From assembly GCA_963706575.1 (NCBI GenBank), contig CAVPNL010000004.1, positions 64,001 through 128,000 of the forward strand: DNA of 64,000 nucleotides, written 5' to 3'. Positions 52,570 to 62,080 of the stretch are shown one piece after another. This stretch comes from an uncultured delta proteobacterium (GTDB lineage Bacteria; Desulfobacterota; Desulfobacteria; Desulfobacterales; JAHEIW01). Within the stretch, counting starts at the first letter, position 1. Every line of letters begins with the position of its first letter. A program made the translations under genes and the position numbers. The notes beneath the pieces were generated by a model, which worked only from the letters and a program-made list of their open reading frames with translations, was not told the origin of the DNA and searched no databases.

Positions 52570-52703
52570 AATCAGGCCCGGGCAGAATCGAACATTCATC
52601 GACACTGGTTAAAATCATCTACATCCATTTACCCAGAGCTGGTAAAGTCGCAGCTCAGAATCATATATAAAGGAAAAGGACAGGTTTTCTAACAGGAGGC
52701 ATC

Positions 52704-52988
52704 ATGGCACTAACCAAAAGCGACATCGTCGCCACGGTACATGAGCTTGGCTTTACAAAGAAAAAATCAGTCGATATTATTGAAACCCTGCTGGAAATTA
52801 TTAAAGGCTCATTGGAAAAAAATGAAGATGTATTGATCTCCGGATTTGGTAAATTCTGTGTCAAAGATAAAAACCAGCGGCGCGGCCGCAATCCGGCAAC
52901 GGGTCAAGACCTGACCCTAAGAGAACGAAGGGTTGTTACATTTAAATGCTCTGGAAAACTCAGAAAAAAAATTAACGGGTATTTCTAA
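52704..52988 (+). CDS. ihfA: Integration host factor alpha-like subunit
   Basis: MALTK.DI, ISGFGKF, R.GRNP.TG, RRVVTF. Confidence 0.9.
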   Translation: MALTKSDIVATVHELGFTKKKSVDIIETLLEIIKGSLEKNEDVLISGFGKFCVKDKNQRRGRNPATGQDLTLRERRVVTFKCSGKLRKKINGYF

Positions 52989-53218
52989 CCAAAAAGGATA
53001 CCGCTCACAAACGATGCCCCTATCCCCATATTAAGGGGCAATCACCGGCCGGCCCCATTCTTCAAGTTAATCCAAGCGGTTCTGCTCCCGTCAGGGAAAG
53101 CCGTTTAGATCTCATCTCCCTGTAGTCCATTCCCTATCCGGGAATCAGCAATATGTATGGTTTACTTTTCCAAAAACGTTTTTTAAGCAGTGTGCTGCAG
53201 AGGTGGGCCCTCGATTGA

Positions 53219-53338
53219 AAAATGCCTAAAATGTCTAAAATGATCTAAAGTGACTAAAGTTAAAAGTATGAATCAATCCTTTTTATAAAATTTAGGCATT
53301 TTAGGCACTTTAGGCACTTTAGGCATTTTAGCTCATTT
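53219..53338. repeat. Inverted 9-mer tandem array (AAARTGCCT/AGGCAYTTT)
   Basis: AAAATGCCT AAAATGTCT AAAATGATCT AAAGTGACT ... TTTAGGCAT TTTAGGCAC TTTAGGCAC TTTAGGCAT; abuts the response regulator stop. Confidence 0.85.
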
Positions 53339-54725
53339 ACAAATCAATATTGTATAATTTGATCTTACTGAGCAATGACGGATGACTGATTTCCAGCAAG
53401 CGTGACGCCTGGGTGCGATTACCGCCCGTTTTTTCCAGCGCCTTGGTGATAAGCCTTGTCTCCATAAATTTTCGGGCGACTTTAAGCGAGTGGCCGTTAA
53501 ACAACCCATCCATTTGATCCCCATCCACGTTCCGGCCAAGTTCCGCTGGGAAATGCTCCGGTAGAAGCAGAGAGTCTTCAGCCAGCACCAGCGCTCGTTC
53601 GATCATATTTTCCAGCTCTCTTACATTACCAGGCCAGGCGTATTCAAGCAGCTGCGACATGGCTCCCGGTGCGATACCTTTTATTTCTTTGTTTAAACGG
53701 TTGTTGAACCGCGCAATAAAATGATCGCACAGCAGGGGGATGTCTTCCGCGCGATCTCGCAACGGGGGAATTTTTATCGGCAGCACGTTTAAGCGGTAAA
53801 ACAAATCTTCGCGAAAAGCGCCCTTTTTTACTTCTTCCTCGAGATTTCTAGCAGTCGCAGCAATGACGCGCACATCGATTTTCATCGATTTTGAATCACC
53901 GATCATTCTAACTTCATCTTCCTGCAACACTCTCAAGAGCTTAACCTGCAGAGCCAGCGGCAGTTCACCGATTTCATCCAGAAAAATCGTGCCGCCGTCC
54001 GCTTCCTGAAACAGTCCTTTTTTATTTTTATCTGCGCCGGTAAAAGCACCTTTTTTATAACCGAACAATTCACTCTCCAGAAGCGTTTCCGGAATTCCGC
54101 CGCAATTCACCGGAATCAGCGGCATGTTTGACCGGTCGCCTTCAAAATGAATCGCCCTGGCGATGAGCTCCTTGCCGGTTCCGCTGTCGCCCAGTATCAG
54201 CACGGTTGTCTTGAACTGTGCGGCCTTAGCAGCAATCCGGAACATGGACTGCATGGCTTCGCTTTTGGCCACCAGGGTGCCGAAGTTAATGTTGCCTTCA
54301 ATCTCTTTGATCCGCTCTTTGAGTTGGCGGTTTTCCTGCCTGAGGTTTTCACGTTCCTCGGCCTTTTTCAACGTCAGATACACCTCGTCGCTTTTAAAGG
54401 GTTTGGAGATGTAATCATAGGCACCCAGCTTCATCGCCTCAATAGCCGTCTCAATCGTCCCGTACGCTGACATCATAATTACGGTTGTGGTCATAATTTT
54501 ATCGCGTGCGGTTTTTAAAAAATCCATCCCGCTCATGTTAGGCATCTTTATGTCACAGAGGATGAATTCAAAATCGCTGTTTTGGATCATTTCCAGCGCT
54601 TCATAGCCGTTGGAGGCGGTTTCAACGATATAGCCGGTCTTGCCCAGCACCTTTGAGAGCATATGCCGCATGTTTTCTTCGTCATCGATAACCAGAAGTC
54701 GTTTTTGCGTAATTTTAGATGTCAT
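53337..54725 (-). CDS. Sigma54-dependent (NtrC/Fis-family) response regulator
   Basis: REC (DDE, DIKMP, KPF), GDSGTGKE, GAFTGA, FLDEIGE, WPGNVREL, HTH. Confidence 0.95.
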   Translation of the reverse strand: MTSKITQKRLLVIDDEENMRHMLSKVLGKTGYIVETASNGYEALEMIQNSDFEFILCDIKMPNMSGMDFLKTARDKIMTTTVIMMSAYGTIETAIEAMKLGAYDYISKPFKSDEVYLTLKKAEERENLRQENRQLKERIKEIEGNINFGTLVAKSEAMQSMFRIAAKAAQFKTTVLILGDSGTGKELIARAIHFEGDRSNMPLIPVNCGGIPETLLESELFGYKKGAFTGADKNKKGLFQEADGGTIFLDEIGELPLALQVKLLRVLQEDEVRMIGDSKSMKIDVRVIAATARNLEEEVKKGAFREDLFYRLNVLPIKIPPLRDRAEDIPLLCDHFIARFNNRLNKEIKGIAPGAMSQLLEYAWPGNVRELENMIERALVLAEDSLLLPEHFPAELGRNVDGDQMDGLFNGHSLKVARKFMETRLITKALEKTGGNRTQASRLLEISHPSLLSKIKLYNIDL

Positions 54726-54771
54726 TTTATTGCAATCCTTATTTATTATTTCCCGGAGAGGACCTGTTTCT

Positions 54772-56391
54772 TCAGTGTTTTTCTAAATTGTTTGCTGTGA
54801 CCGGCAGCGGCGTATCTAAAAAATCTTCATCTTCTGCGGTGTCTGTTTCGCTTTCAACAACAGGCAGCAAAAGGGTCATGGTGGTGCCTTCTCCGATTTT
54901 ACTGTGGACGGTCATTTTACCGCCAAAACCCTCAACAATCATAAAACTGACCGAAAGACCCAGTCCGGTACCTTTGCCGGGCTCTTTGGTCGTATAAAAC
55001 GGGTCGAAAATATTAGCGATATTTTCTTCGGATATCCCGGGACCATTATCGATGAACATAATTTTTAAATGGGTCTTCTGATTGTTCGGTTGTTCGGGTG
55101 TTCCACCAACCAGGGAGCTTTGAATCAAAAGCTTGCCGTTATCCGCTTTACCCTCTGAAGAAATGGCATCGGCCGCATTGATGATCAAATTTAAAAAGAC
55201 CTGGCGCAACTGGTTCGAATCCGCCAGGATTTTGTCGTTCTGAGCCTCCAGACGACATTCAAATTCGATATTTGAAATCAAGGGTTGCACATTTAGAACC
55301 TCGGCAATGTCGTCTATTAAATCATGGACCGACACGGCCCTTAACCCAGCATTGGACGGGCGTGAAATCTCGAGAAGCTGGCGAATAATGGTGTTGATCC
55401 GCTCGATTTCAGCCTCGGTTCGATGGATGTATTCTTTTTTCTCGGCCGCGGGGATGTCTTTTTGCTTGAGCAGTTCGAGATATCCCATGACGATTCCGAT
55501 CGGATTACCGATTTCATGGGCAATCCCGGCTGACAGCCTACCCACGGACGCCAGTTTTTCAGCCCGAATGATTTCTTTTTGGGCCTTTTTTAATTCCAGA
55601 TTGGCCGTCTCAAGTGAATTTACTGTCGACCGCAGCTTTTCCTTGTCGGCGGATATACGCCGCAGCATGCTGTTTAAAGAGCCCGATAACTTATGAAGCT
55701 CATTGTCCTCTTTGCGCACCGAAAACAGCATCTCATCATCTTCGCGGTAATCTTCAGCGCGCCGTGCCAGTCTGGCCAGGGGCTGAAAATAAACTTTGGA
55801 AAGGCGATAAATGCCGATAAACGTCAGAATCACCGTGTTAATGAACAGATAAATAAACAGCATCTTTTGGGAGTGTCTCAGGGACTGGTAAATCCCTTCC
55901 AACGGCAACACGATGCTGGCACCGGCCAGGGCCTGATCGTTTTGCAGCAACGGTGTTGATAGGATCAAATTACGTCGTTGCTTCCAGAAAACACCCCAGG
56001 TGGTTCCGAAAAAATTAGCCTCATGCATTTTAGACCGCATCACTTTGCGGTTGTGTTTCATCATCTCATCTTGCAGCGCCTTGGGCGTGTTTCCAAATAA
56101 AAATTGTTTATTATTTTCACCCAAAACCAGTGCGTTGGAGACACCGGCTTCGGTCAACAAGTGAAAGATGTATGCTCTGGAAGAGGTTGGAGCCGGATTC
56201 GTTTCAAATTTTAGACTTTTAAGCAGATCCGTCTCGAGAATGGACAAAATGAATTGGCCTTTGGATACCTCTTTGCGGATGATGTCGCGCTGGGCGGTCA
56301 TCACCGTTACAATATTGACCAACAGCATGGCCACAAAAAAAAGGATGGCAATATTGAATGCTATTTTTGTTTTCAGGCCGCGAATAAACAC
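54772..56391 (-). CDS. Sensor histidine kinase (2 TM, HAMP, HisKA, HATPase)
   Basis: AHEIGNP, QVFLNL..NA.DA, DNGPG, FDPFYTTK, GTGLGL. Confidence 0.95.
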   Translation of the reverse strand: MFIRGLKTKIAFNIAILFFVAMLLVNIVTVMTAQRDIIRKEVSKGQFILSILETDLLKSLKFETNPAPTSSRAYIFHLLTEAGVSNALVLGENNKQFLFGNTPKALQDEMMKHNRKVMRSKMHEANFFGTTWGVFWKQRRNLILSTPLLQNDQALAGASIVLPLEGIYQSLRHSQKMLFIYLFINTVILTFIGIYRLSKVYFQPLARLARRAEDYREDDEMLFSVRKEDNELHKLSGSLNSMLRRISADKEKLRSTVNSLETANLELKKAQKEIIRAEKLASVGRLSAGIAHEIGNPIGIVMGYLELLKQKDIPAAEKKEYIHRTEAEIERINTIIRQLLEISRPSNAGLRAVSVHDLIDDIAEVLNVQPLISNIEFECRLEAQNDKILADSNQLRQVFLNLIINAADAISSEGKADNGKLLIQSSLVGGTPEQPNNQKTHLKIMFIDNGPGISEENIANIFDPFYTTKEPGKGTGLGLSVSFMIVEGFGGKMTVHSKIGEGTTMTLLLPVVESETDTAEDEDFLDTPLPVTANNLEKH

Positions 56392-56427
56392 AATAATCCT
56401 TAACGATCTGATATTTAGCTATTAACA

Positions 56428-56648
56428 CCTGAATTTTGCACGAGTCGGAGGCTTTCATATGCAAGGCACTTAAGGGCGAGGCTATAGTGAACTATGCCTC
56501 GGCCTTAATAACGTGGGCGCTGCAAGCGCAACCCGTAGGGTATAGAAGCCTCCGGCTCGCCCAACGGGTGAAAATTAATGAGATAAAATGATTTTCATCC
56601 ATATTTAATATAGTAAAACTTCTCATTAATTTTCATGCAAGATTCAGG
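56428..56648. mobile_element. MITE-like structured element (221 bp)
   Basis: TIR CCTGAATTTTGCA / TGCAAGATTCAGG (12/13); internal helices GAGTCGGAGGCTT/AAGCCTCCGGCTC, GAGGCTATAG/CTATGCCTC, GAAAATTAATGAGA/TCTCATTAATTTTC. Confidence 0.75.
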
Positions 56649-56939
56649 CAATACTTGACCGGGCAACTTGGGATTGTCAAATCTGCCGGAAAAGGAATTC
56701 GAAGGGCAGTCCTGAAATCTCTTGTAGGGTATTAATTTTGTTACGGTTATTTATATAAAAGTCTATCACAGTCTATTTTTGAATGCAAATATCGTGAAAT
56801 TTTGTGTTAGATTTCAGCAGGTTAAAAAGAGGCAAAAAATTCGGCAAGCGTGATCAAATCCAGGAAAGGATCCGTATATAACGAGGAATAATGTCTGATT
56901 TTATTTTCTTAGTCCGCCCCGGGCGGGCTGAGATGTCTT

Positions 56940-58550
56940 TTAGTCTCGTCCGGCATAGGCAACCTTACCCCCAACGATGGTATAAGTCACTGGAATCTGA
57001 GGCAATTCCTCTATATCAACCTCAAACGGATCTATGGGGTAGACCACAAAATCACCAAGCTTGCCCACCTCGATTGAGCCCTTTACGTGCTCTTCGAAGG
57101 CCGCAAAGGCAGCATAGTTCGTATGCATGCGAAATGCTTCATCAACCTGAATACATTGCGCTTTGCCGATAACTTGACCGGAACGTGTCTTTCTTTGAAC
57201 AGCTGCCTGCACACTATAAAGCGGGTTTCCAACGGGATCAAAGGGTCGGTCTGTGGAGAGGGCAACCGGTAAATCATTATCTAACATGGATCTTAGCGGG
57301 TAGCACCATTCAGCCCGTTGGGGTCCAAGGTTCTTGATAAAAGCATCACCATAAAACGGCACCTCCGTGGAGGCAACCACCGGGATGATTCCTAACCCTT
57401 TGGCACGTTGGATCAGTTCAAGGCTGGCCATCGTAAAATGTTCTATCCTGTGCCGGTGATCTTCCCGGGGCATTAATTTTAGCACATGCTCATAAGCATC
57501 CAAAACCACATCAATTGCTCGATCTCCGATGGCATGGATTGATGATTGCAGCCCATTTCGGTGAATCTCCGCAACTGTATCGATCAGCTCATCTTTTTCC
57601 ATATACAGGATGCCGGTTTCATCCGGGGCGTTCGCGTAAGGTTCGTGTACAGCTCCCGTATGCGCTGAAGGAACGCCATCAGCAAAAAACTTAATACCGC
57701 CAATCCGCAACCTATCATCCCCAAATCCCTTCATAATACCGAGTGAAGAGAGATGAGGAAGGGCATCTTTGAGAAGATAGAGACAGACCCGTTGTCTTAG
57801 ACGCCCCTCGAGACCTGCGCGCTGAAAAGCCTTCATTTCATCCACATTGTTCTGAAAATAACCGACACCTGCCTCCTGAACGGATGTAATGCCCTCACTA
57901 AGGTATTTATTCCCTGCCACTTCAACGGCCTCAACCAATTCCTCGATCAAAAAGGGATCCATTGAATTCTTAATGAGTTCCTGGGCGGTTTCTTTCATAA
58001 GCCCGGTGGGTTCACCCGTGGCAGGGTCTCTGTCAATTTCACCTCCGGGTGGATTGGCGGTTCTTTTTGTAACACCGCAGATTTCAAGGGCTTTGCTGTT
58101 CGCAACCAGCATGTGGCCACAGGTTCTGTATAGGACCATCGGGTTTTGGGGTGAGACCGGGTCAAGATCGTCACATCGCGGATGCCGTCCGTCTTCAAGC
58201 ACGGCATCATCATAGCCATAGCCTCTCAACCAGCGACCCGGAGGTGATGAAGCCGCTTTTTCGGCAATTTCTGTTACGATATCATCAATCGAACGGATGG
58301 ATTCAGCGCGACAATTAATACCCATTAGTTCGGTACCGTAATAGACCATATGATTGTGGGCATCGATGAATCCCGGAAATACGGTTTTTCCCTTGAGATC
58401 TACCATTTCATCTGTTTGCGTCTTTGTTTGCAAAACCTGCTGTGTTGTGCCGATAGTGTCTATGCGGCCTTGCCGAATGCCCACTGCCTGGGCAATGGTG
58501 CCTTTAGCATCCATCGTCCTTATCTTTCCATTGATCATTAGCAGGTCCAT
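56940..58550 (-). CDS. Amidohydrolase-3 (YtcJ-like) metallohydrolase
   Basis: PGFIDAHNH, K.FADG, HAIGDRA, HRIEH, GSIEVGKL.D; ATG 58550 after GGAGG. Confidence 0.9.
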   Translation of the reverse strand: MDLLMINGKIRTMDAKGTIAQAVGIRQGRIDTIGTTQQVLQTKTQTDEMVDLKGKTVFPGFIDAHNHMVYYGTELMGINCRAESIRSIDDIVTEIAEKAASSPPGRWLRGYGYDDAVLEDGRHPRCDDLDPVSPQNPMVLYRTCGHMLVANSKALEICGVTKRTANPPGGEIDRDPATGEPTGLMKETAQELIKNSMDPFLIEELVEAVEVAGNKYLSEGITSVQEAGVGYFQNNVDEMKAFQRAGLEGRLRQRVCLYLLKDALPHLSSLGIMKGFGDDRLRIGGIKFFADGVPSAHTGAVHEPYANAPDETGILYMEKDELIDTVAEIHRNGLQSSIHAIGDRAIDVVLDAYEHVLKLMPREDHRHRIEHFTMASLELIQRAKGLGIIPVVASTEVPFYGDAFIKNLGPQRAEWCYPLRSMLDNDLPVALSTDRPFDPVGNPLYSVQAAVQRKTRSGQVIGKAQCIQVDEAFRMHTNYAAFAAFEEHVKGSIEVGKLGDFVVYPIDPFEVDIEELPQIPVTYTIVGGKVAYAGRD

Positions 58551-58606
58551 TATTTCCTCCACAGACACCCGGATAGGTTTAATAAATAGCGCTACCGCCA
58601 GCCTTA

Positions 58607-59770
58607 TCAGACGATCTCAAGTTCGACATCTCCGCCCCCGGCAAGCATTTCTATGCCGGTAGGATTCACATAATAGGAGGCGCCCTGGACGGTTCCGATC
58701 CCTTCATCAACCAATTCAAGGCAAGCGTGGATATAAAAAACCATACCCGGTTCCAGAATTTGAGTTGAATATCGGTCGATCTGAAAAGACCCGACCCAGA
58801 CGGGTGGATACCCTATCCCAATACCCAATCCAAAACGCATCATGGCCGTATGTGCCAGCCCTTCACGCTGGAGCGGCTCCAAGGATGCCTTTTCGATATT
58901 GGAAACGGGCTTTCCGGGCTGGCATTCTTTTATGCCAGCGCGCAGGGATTCTAAGGTGAGATCGTAGATCTCCCGGGCGCGATCACCCGGCTCTCCCACC
59001 GCCATGGTATGGAGTGCCACGACATGATAACGGCGTGCAACACCAGCGAATTCTACATGAACGAGTTCACCCGTTTCAATGACCCGAGGCATTGGAGCCG
59101 CATGACCTCCGGGCGTTCGGGGGCCACTGGCCAACTCCGTCGGTACGGCCCAACATTCGCTTCCAGCCGACCGCATATCACCTTCTATGGCCGCGGCCAG
59201 CTCTATCTCAGTGATGCCTGCCTTTAACGTCTTGCGTGCCGTCTGCAATCCAACATTTGCATATTTGGCGGCTTCACGAACGTAGACCATTTCCCGTTCT
59301 GATTTTATGTACTGTAAACTGCCGAGTAACTCCGTGGCGTCTTCGACCTGCACCGGTTCAAGTGCTTTGACAAGCGGAAGACCATAGGCAGCGGGCAGGG
59401 CGTAACTCTGTAGGTCGATGCCGATGAGCCCTTCCCGCAGCCCTTTCTCACGGGCGACATCTGCGATCATTTTGGGGATATCGGCTGCGTGCAGATGATA
59501 TGTCCGAATATCTTCAATCCGCGATGTCTCCTTTACAAGTGGCAAATCAACATTTCGGATGACAAGCGCCGGCTCGCTGCCTTCCTCGGCCGAAATTATG
59601 AGGGCCTGATAGTTGAAATAGGCAATCGAATCATAACCAATGAGATAAAAGATATTCTCCGGGGCCACACAAATACAGCCAGCCAGACCGGCTTCACGGA
59701 GTTTCTTTCGGGCACGAGACAGGCGCTCTCTGTGCTCGGACTCTGGAAACGCTGCAAAAGATGGATCCAT
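58607..59770 (-). CDS. M24-fold hydrolase, ectoine hydrolase (DoeA/EutD)/creatinase-like
   Basis: Creatinase N domain; E.AG..RRYH, R.G.GIG.GYPP.W, LEPGMVF; ATG 59770 after AAAGGAG. Confidence 0.8.
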   Translation of the reverse strand: MDPSFAAFPESEHRERLSRARKKLREAGLAGCICVAPENIFYLIGYDSIAYFNYQALIISAEEGSEPALVIRNVDLPLVKETSRIEDIRTYHLHAADIPKMIADVAREKGLREGLIGIDLQSYALPAAYGLPLVKALEPVQVEDATELLGSLQYIKSEREMVYVREAAKYANVGLQTARKTLKAGITEIELAAAIEGDMRSAGSECWAVPTELASGPRTPGGHAAPMPRVIETGELVHVEFAGVARRYHVVALHTMAVGEPGDRAREIYDLTLESLRAGIKECQPGKPVSNIEKASLEPLQREGLAHTAMMRFGLGIGIGYPPVWVGSFQIDRYSTQILEPGMVFYIHACLELVDEGIGTVQGASYYVNPTGIEMLAGGGDVELEIV

Positions 59771-59854
59771 TGTATCGTTCTCCTTTCGTCTTTCAAAATG
59801 CACCATAAAAATAACCTCTGTGAACGCTTCATGGATGCTTCGAGAAATTTTTTT

Positions 59855-60055
59855 GCCAATCGTTTTTTCTAAAGATCTTTGGCCTAAGGCCGGACATGCT
59901 AACTTTAGCACATGGTATTGTCAACTCCGCTTCAAGGCAAGACAAATACTGAAATTATTAAGCTCGCTCTGCCCGGTTGACCGGCTGTTGGGATTGAAAC
60001 CTGTCTGCATTTTTCTCATATCCAAGGAAAAAAAATCTTATTTATGCAGGGAATA
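59855..60055. promoter_or_regulatory. Duplicated divergent promoter region, copy 1
   Basis: Aligns with 61528-61740; minus-strand TTGACA (59924-59919)-17 bp-TAGCAT (59901-59896). Confidence 0.75.
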
Positions 60056-60085
60056 AAAGCCAGCGGGTGACCGTGCCATGACGTT

Positions 60086-61360
60086 TCACACCACCTGGGT
60101 GGACTTTCGGCTGATGCCTTCCTTGAATCGGCTGAAGCGTAAGGCGCTGAGATCCAGGGAGGGTTTGGCATCCATGATGATTTCCGACACCAACCTGCCG
60201 GCAATGGGTCCCATACCGAAGCCGTGGCCGCTGAAACCAGTGGCCAGAACCAGGCCCCGGGGCCGGTCGAGCCGGTCGATCACAGGGAGCAAGTCGGGGG
60301 TTAAGTCAATGTAGCTGGCCCAGATACGCTCCAGTGTCATACTGTCCATACCCTCGTATTCGGCCTGCATATAGCCAACTGCCTGTGTGATTTCCTTTCG
60401 GCTGGGGCATGGATCCAGAGCGCGGTAACGCCTGTAATCATCTAAGCGACCCAGGAGATCATCCACCAAAAGGCGCCCCATTTTGAATTTGACCTTGGCC
60501 TTGTTGTGCAGGTAAGCGGACAAAAAGTCCGGTAGAAACCGCAGGCTATCGACCACGAGAGGGTGCTCGCTTTCAACCCCCAGGGCCATGTACAACCGGC
60601 CGTCGCGACGCTGGCGAAAAGCCGCCCGTCCCCACACCCCCGCGGCTGTAAGCTCCCGTACCGGTGCAACTCGGGCCACGCTGCCCTTCACCCACAGAGA
60701 TGGTAAACGGACGCCCAGAGGACGCACCAGGCGAGTAGACCAGGCCCCTGCGGCGCACACTACGGTGGATGCCCGGATATGGCCTCGCTCGGTATAAACG
60801 CCGGACACGGCCCCGTTTTGCAGCTCAATTCCCTCTACGGCGCAGCCGGTTATGAATCGGGCTCCCCTATTCTGAGCGGCTCGCTGGAAAGCCGGGCAAA
60901 CCTTTTGCGGCTCGGCCTGTCCGTCGCTGGGGGTGTACATGGCGCCCAATATTATTGGTTTCACAGCCGGTAAGAGTTGCCGGAGCTGCCGTGATGTCAG
61001 TAAACCAGTCTCCAATCCATGTTCTTTTGACAGGGGCAGCCACTTTTCAAACAGCTCAAGACGCTTATGATCATAAGCCAAAACCAGGTTGCCGCCCTGG
61101 ATCCACTCCAGATCGGCCTGCAACTCCGCCTCCAAACCCTGCCAGATGTGGTTGCAGGCCATCACCAAAGGCAACTCGGCCGCATCCCGCCCCTGTTGGC
61201 GAACAAAACCCCAGTTGCGGCTGGATTGTTCAAGCCCCACGTCGCCCTTTTCACATACCACCACCGACACGCCTCTTTTGGCCAGATAATAGGCGGACGC
61301 ACATCCAACGATACCTCCCCCCACAATCACCACGTCGGTTGATCTGCTTTCCATCGGCAT
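60086..61360 (-). CDS. FAD-dependent D-amino-acid oxidase/DadA-family oxidoreductase
   Basis: VVIVGGGIVG, EQSSRNWG.VRQQGR, VV.AAGAWS, D.TPD..PVI, GFSGHGFG.GP. Confidence 0.9.
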   Translation of the reverse strand: MPMESRSTDVVIVGGGIVGCASAYYLAKRGVSVVVCEKGDVGLEQSSRNWGFVRQQGRDAAELPLVMACNHIWQGLEAELQADLEWIQGGNLVLAYDHKRLELFEKWLPLSKEHGLETGLLTSRQLRQLLPAVKPIILGAMYTPSDGQAEPQKVCPAFQRAAQNRGARFITGCAVEGIELQNGAVSGVYTERGHIRASTVVCAAGAWSTRLVRPLGVRLPSLWVKGSVARVAPVRELTAAGVWGRAAFRQRRDGRLYMALGVESEHPLVVDSLRFLPDFLSAYLHNKAKVKFKMGRLLVDDLLGRLDDYRRYRALDPCPSRKEITQAVGYMQAEYEGMDSMTLERIWASYIDLTPDLLPVIDRLDRPRGLVLATGFSGHGFGMGPIAGRLVSEIIMDAKPSLDLSALRFSRFKEGISRKSTQVV

Positions 61361-61527
61361 ACCTACTTCGATAGTTCCCGTAATTTTTTCTATTTTCGCT
61401 TTTGGTAAAATATCTTTAGGGCAGCCTGCCCAATATTTTCTTCCCCTGTATCGCTATCTTTCCCTTTTTCTCAGTACAATTCAAAAATCCCTGAGATCAC
61501 TTCTTAAAGGACTTACGAAATCAGATA

Positions 61528-61740
61528 GGCAATCGGTTTGATCTAAAGGTCTTTCGCCTGAGAACGCACCATGTTAACTTCAGCACCCGGCATTGTCAAA
61601 CCCTCTCCAGGGTGGGTCAAATACTGAAAAATTTAATATCGATCCGGCCGTAAGGCCGGTTGGCCGGCCGTTGGGATTGACACCTGCCTGCATTTTTTTT
61701 ATATCTTTGGAAGAAAAAAATATTATTTACCCAGGGAATA
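61528..61740. promoter_or_regulatory. Duplicated divergent promoter region, copy 2
   Basis: Minus-strand TTGACA (61599-61594)-17 bp-TAACAT (61576-61571); plus-strand TTGACA at 61677-61682. Confidence 0.75.
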
Positions 61741-61750
61741 GGAGACAGCG

Positions 61751-62038
61751 ATGAAAATAAAGGCTGTCGTTTTAGCACCTCATGATAATGTCGGCATTGC
61801 TTTGACTGATCTGCACGCCGGTTCTGAGCTGGATCTTGATTATGGCGCCCATTCGTTTCAGGTGAAGTTGGCAGAGCCCATACGCTATCAGCACAAATTC
61901 AGCGTCAGCGCCATTGGCCTTGGTGAAGAAATAATCAAGGATGGTGTCTTCATCGGTGTTGCCACCGATGAGATTCAAGCCGGTCGACACGTCCACGTTC
62001 ACAATATGACCGGAAGGCGATCAAAACCTTTGCATTAA
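61751..62038 (+). CDS. UxaA/SuyA-like SAF-domain small subunit
   Basis: DNV..AL.DL..G, HKF....I..G..IIK.G..IG.AT..I..G.HVH.HN. Confidence 0.88.
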   Translation: MKIKAVVLAPHDNVGIALTDLHAGSELDLDYGAHSFQVKLAEPIRYQHKFSVSAIGLGEEIIKDGVFIGVATDEIQAGRHVHVHNMTGRRSKPLH

Positions 62039-62080
62039 GTCAAGACCCGGTTAACTTTATTGGGTATTCGGGAGAAAATA

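Noticed and set aside
51707..53300. Integrative element at tRNA-Thr
   Set aside because: No integrase and no duplicated tRNA 3' end seen in the window.
59771..59911. N-terminal extension of the M24 hydrolase
   Set aside because: It runs through the promoter region; a strong RBS precedes ATG 59770.
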